This document shows positions 60,132-64,000 of a DNA stretch of 64,000 nt, piece after piece. The DNA comes from Treponema sp. GTDB lineage: Bacteria > Spirochaetota > Spirochaetia > Treponematales > Treponemataceae. The position numbers and the translations under genes are program-made. Position 1 is the first letter of the stretch; every line of letters begins with the position of its first letter. The notes under the pieces were generated by a model. The model was not told the DNA's origin. It saw only the letters and a program-made list of their open reading frames with translations, and searched no databases. Location of the stretch: contig JAGBBT010000094.1 of assembly GCA_017938365.1 (NCBI GenBank), forward strand, positions 100,509-164,508. The letters run 5' to 3'.

Positions 60132-63100
60132 TTATTCTTCAAATAAATGAATGGCCTTTTCTACATCGATTAAATTGCATTGGTCAGTTATATCAATTTC
60201 CTTTGCAAATCTTAAGTAAAAAAGGCTACATTTAATTGTTTTTTCATCTTCAATACCAAGCATTTTACTTATAGCTTGTCTGTAACAAGCTAATTGGTTG
60301 TAGTAAAGTTCTGGCTTAATAGATTGATTTGTTTTAAAATCAACAACGGTAAAAGTACCATCTTTATTCTTATAAACTAAATCCATAGTTCCTTTTATGA
60401 TTTTTGAATCAATTCTACTTCTAAAATCAAATTCACTTTTTACCCAATCAGAATTAAGTACATCTTTTCCAAGATCAGAAGAAATAAAGTCATTTTGCAT
60501 TTCAATACATATTTTTTTAATTGTATTTATTTTTTTTGTGTTATTTTCTAATCCTGAAAATAACTTATTAGAAATATTTATTTCTGATTTTTTTATAATT
60601 GCTTCCATATAGGCATGGGCAATAGTTCCAAAATTTGCAAAACTAAATTTAGGTTCAGCATATTCTTCTGTTTTATTTTGAGGAATTGTCGACAAAACTA
60701 TAGAATTAATTTCATTATACTTTGGAAGTATGTTTTGATATTCCTCTAAAACCTCATTATTTAAATCTTCTTCAGGATAAAGGTGACTTGGTAATACATA
60801 TTTTGAAGATATGTTTTCCTTAGTTAAAGTTTCAATTTCATAAACTTCGTTTTCTATTATTTCTTTTATAAAATTAATTTTCTGTTCAAATGAATTTTTT
60901 CGTTCTGAACTATTGTTTATAAAAGAACTATTTCTTGCTTGTGGATAAATTTCTTCAAATGTAAAAGGAGATAATTCCTTTTCTGAATTTTCTTCATAAT
61001 ATGAAAAAATAGGCTCTAATATTTTATAAATACAATCAGGATTTTTTTCAGAACCTGGTAAATAGTCAAAATAATCTTTGCTAGGACTATATTTTCCATT
61101 TGTAATATATAATTCTTCTTCAGCTCTTGTTAGTGCTACATAAACAAGTCTTCTTAATTCAGCTGTTTCTTTTGCAAAATTTTCTGCTTTGGCTATTGTA
61201 AAGAATATATTTAAATCACTTTTTTTATAAACATTATTAAAATCAGGACAAACAGGAAGATTTACTGATAATCCAAATTCATCACTAAAATATAATGGAT
61301 TTATATTTGTTTCTGAGTGCTTTTTTTTATGTGTTGCACAAACAAATACAACTTTATATTCCAATCCTTTACTTTTATGAATTGATAAAATATGAACACC
61401 ATTTGATTGTTCTAAGGGAATATCCATATTATCTAATTTCTTTTTTAAATCTTGATATTGAGACATATTGTCTAAATAAGCTGAAAGACTCAAATTATTT
61501 TGTTCTGCTTGGCAGGCAGATTCAAAAATTAAGTCATATAATTTTGAATACATATTAACTTTTTTATTCCATAAAGTTTCGTATCTGTATCCAGCTTCAT
61601 ACCATAAATCAGTAATTGTTTGAGAAATAGATTGAATATTTATTTTTTGTTTTAGTTCTTCATAAAAAACTTTACAGTGTAAATATCTGGATGCACTATC
61701 TTCTGACAAAAGTTTAACAGCTTTTTTATCGAAGGGTTTTTCCTCTAACAAAATAATTGAATTAGCTTCTTCTAATGACAAATTAACAAAAGGTGAACAT
61801 AAAATTTGAGCATAGGACATGGTGTCTTTTTCGTATAAACAAATTTTTAAAAAAGAGAAAATATCATTAATTGGACCGTCAGAAAAAAGCCCCGTAACAG
61901 TTTCGGTATTATAAGGAATTCCTAATTCTAATAAAGTTCGTTCGTAGAGAGGTTGTAGAGAATAATCCTTAAAAAGAATTGCAATTTCTTCAGGTTTATA
62001 AATCTTGCCGTTTACTCCATAAGAAATCAATTCCTTAATTTTTGAACAAACCCACATAGATTCTGCTTCTTCATCTTCTAAAATTTGAGATGATTTTGTA
62101 ATATTATCTTTATTGAATCTAGCTACATGAATATGTGGAGCGTATATTTCATTTTTTGATGATTTTAAGACATCTTCTTCTGCATTTTTAGAAATTGTTA
62201 CTTCTTTGTATACAGCTTCGAATTTTGGAAGATTAGTATTATCATCTCTGTCAGTAAAAAAAACTGATGGACCAAAAGTTTTTTTATCTTCTGAAGAAGG
62301 CGGAAAAGGAAATCCACCAAAAATAGTATTAAAAGCAGCAATTAAGGATTGATGGGAACGATAATTTGTAGATAAACTTAAATTACCGTCAATAAAATCT
62401 TCTGATAAGGCTCTAAAAACAGAAACATCAGCTCCTCGAAAGCGATAAATACTTTGTTTTTCATCACCAACAAAAAATAGTTTATTTGGACATAAGTCTT
62501 TTACAGATGGAATACCTTTTGATAATCTATCTTCTTTTTCTGCAAGCATAAACAAAAGATTTCTCTGCATAATATTATTATCCTGAAATTCATCAATCAT
62601 AATTGCTTTGTATTTTAATTTTTCACTTTGACGAATTTCTGGATAATCTTTTAATATTTTAACAGCCAAATCTGAAATATCTGCGAATGTTAAAATACCT
62701 AATCTACGCTTAATATCATTAATTATATCTTGAAAATCTTTTAATAGGGGAATTAAGTTTTTTATAATTGAGAATCCGTAAATGTAATTTACTAATGCAA
62801 AAAGTTTTTTTACAGGTTCTCGCATATCGTAAATAATTTCTTTTAGTTCATCAATATTTTTTCCAGAAGGTTTTAAATGTGCGATATTACGAAAAAATAA
62901 TGCAATTAAATAAAAGTCTTTATAGTCAGAATTTAAAATATGATTTTTTGTAAGTTCTTTAAACTCCGGAATTTTTTCAGGATTTAGAGAATCTTCAATT
63001 CCTTGCATAAATTTTGTTGATTTATTTGCTTCACATGAATAATAGGCATTGCGTAATAAATCTAAAGTATTAAAAAAATTCTTTAATTGGTTATTCCATT

Positions 63101-63665
63101 GAAAAACAATTTCATCAATTTGTTTTTTCACAAAAAAATCAAAATCAAGAGGAGAAACAATTGTGGAATTTTTTAGGATTGAATTAATAAAAAGCTCTGT
63201 TGCAATAAAAGAGTAATCTTTAGTTTCTACAAGAGCTTTTATTGCGATATTATTCCTGTTTTTTAGAATAAATGGTATAGCATTTTCTTTTATTGTTTCT
63301 ATAAGATAATCATCATTTTGAGAAAAATCAGGTGTTATTCCGTAATATTTTGCCCCAAGCTTAGCAATAGAATTACAATAACTATCCAATGTTTTTATAT
63401 TTGCTTTATAAAAATTTTTAGCTTGTTCAGGAACCTTTTCCTTTAGAACTTTATAAATTCTAGAGGACATTTCAACAGTAGCTTTTTTTGTAAATGTTAA
63501 AGTCAAAATTTCATCAACTTTACAACCTCTATTTAAAATCAAATCCGTAAATCTTTCTGATAAAACCTTTGTTTTTCCAGAGCCCGCACCAGCACTTACT
63601 ACTGTATTAATTTCTGACTTTATAGCATTTTCTTGATAATTGTCTAAAAAAAATTTCTTTGCCAT
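60132..63665 (-). CDS. addA: AddA/UvrD-like helicase with C-terminal RecB-family nuclease
   Basis: AGAGSGKT, DEFQD, VGDEKQSIYRFRGA, HKSKGLE, YVALTRA, GTMD...DFKT...QLACY. Confidence 0.88.
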   Translation of the reverse strand: MAKKFFLDNYQENAIKSEINTVVSAGAGSGKTKVLSERFTDLILNRGCKVDEILTLTFTKKATVEMSSRIYKVLKEKVPEQAKNFYKANIKTLDSYCNSIAKLGAKYYGITPDFSQNDDYLIETIKENAIPFILKNRNNIAIKALVETKDYSFIATELFINSILKNSTIVSPLDFDFFVKKQIDEIVFQWNNQLKNFFNTLDLLRNAYYSCEANKSTKFMQGIEDSLNPEKIPEFKELTKNHILNSDYKDFYLIALFFRNIAHLKPSGKNIDELKEIIYDMREPVKKLFALVNYIYGFSIIKNLIPLLKDFQDIINDIKRRLGILTFADISDLAVKILKDYPEIRQSEKLKYKAIMIDEFQDNNIMQRNLLFMLAEKEDRLSKGIPSVKDLCPNKLFFVGDEKQSIYRFRGADVSVFRALSEDFIDGNLSLSTNYRSHQSLIAAFNTIFGGFPFPPSSEDKKTFGPSVFFTDRDDNTNLPKFEAVYKEVTISKNAEEDVLKSSKNEIYAPHIHVARFNKDNITKSSQILEDEEAESMWVCSKIKELISYGVNGKIYKPEEIAILFKDYSLQPLYERTLLELGIPYNTETVTGLFSDGPINDIFSFLKICLYEKDTMSYAQILCSPFVNLSLEEANSIILLEEKPFDKKAVKLLSEDSASRYLHCKVFYEELKQKINIQSISQTITDLWYEAGYRYETLWNKKVNMYSKLYDLIFESACQAEQNNLSLSAYLDNMSQYQDLKKKLDNMDIPLEQSNGVHILSIHKSKGLEYKVVFVCATHKKKHSETNINPLYFSDEFGLSVNLPVCPDFNNVYKKSDLNIFFTIAKAENFAKETAELRRLVYVALTRAEEELYITNGKYSPSKDYFDYLPGSEKNPDCIYKILEPIFSYYEENSEKELSPFTFEEIYPQARNSSFINNSSERKNSFEQKINFIKEIIENEVYEIETLTKENISSKYVLPSHLYPEEDLNNEVLEEYQNILPKYNEINSIVLSTIPQNKTEEYAEPKFSFANFGTIAHAYMEAIIKKSEINISNKLFSGLENNTKKINTIKKICIEMQNDFISSDLGKDVLNSDWVKSEFDFRSRIDSKIIKGTMDLVYKNKDGTFTVVDFKTNQSIKPELYYNQLACYRQAISKMLGIEDEKTIKCSLFYLRFAKEIDITDQCNLIDVEKAIHLFEE

Positions 63666-63673
63666 ATAAACGC

Positions 63674-64000
63674 CTACTTATTTTTTCCAACATTAAAAAC
63701 TTTTCTACAAACAGCCCTGTAACTACAAGAATTACAAGTTTTAAAATCAGAAGAACTAATAAAAGATGTAATTCCATTATTTATAAATTCAGAATATGAG
63801 TTTATGTAGTCTAAAGTTTTTGTGATTGTTAATTCAAAGTTTTCGAGTTCAATCCATGTTGGTTTTCCATCTTTTATATTGAAAAAACAGCAATTAGAAA
63901 TATCGATAGGAACTTTTTGATTATTAAGAATGTAAATATACATAGGCATTTGAAAATCAAAAAGATTATCCTCATCCTCAAAATATAAATTACTTGGAAT
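63674..64000 (-). CDS. AddB-like PD-(D/E)XK nuclease, C-terminal fragment (truncated by window)
   Basis: Frame open to window end; DFQMPMY motif and CNSCSYRAVC Fe-S-type motif; directly upstream of addA. Confidence 0.8.
   Translation of the reverse strand: MPSNLYFEDEDNLFDFQMPMYIYILNNQKVPIDISNCCFFNIKDGKPTWIELENFELTITKTLDYINSYSEFINNGITSFISSSDFKTCNSCSYRAVCRKVFNVGKNK

Noticed and set aside
2130-61558. Many 60-125 aa ORFs nested in or antisense to larger genes
   Set aside because: Overlap well-supported CDSs and show no recognisable domains
60132-64000. Helicase-nuclease pair as an anti-phage system
   Set aside because: Motifs and gene order match housekeeping AddAB recombination-repair enzymes

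Overview
AT-rich, gene-dense chromosomal segment, most likely from a gut/rumen-type Treponema-like spirochaete (inferred from gene content and order). In order: end of a flagellar cluster (FapA/DUF342); a V-type ATPase operon (E, C-like, A, B, D, I, K) with a Na+-binding signature; ispG; a lipoprotein pectate lyase; gadBC; a surface-glycan cluster (WbaP, three GT4, an Omp85-like barrel) led by a CotH kinase gene and divergent from VTC-domain and DUF4956 genes; housekeeping genes (dCMP deaminase, thrC, alr, folC, trpS, uvrA, lptD, phoH, pgpH-like, ybeY, corC); an orphan Cas2-like gene coupled to a frameshifted prfB; ftsY; lolCDE-like; mcsA, degenerate mcsB, clpC; avtA; addAB-like. No tRNA, rRNA, CRISPR array or transposase was seen. 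Best candidate novel systems: (1) the CotH/VTC/DUF4956 + glycosyltransferase + Omp85 locus under a back-to-back promoter with twin palindromes; (2) the leaderless stand-alone Cas2-like gene coupled to prfB. All calls come from motif recognition by eye; no database searches were run.
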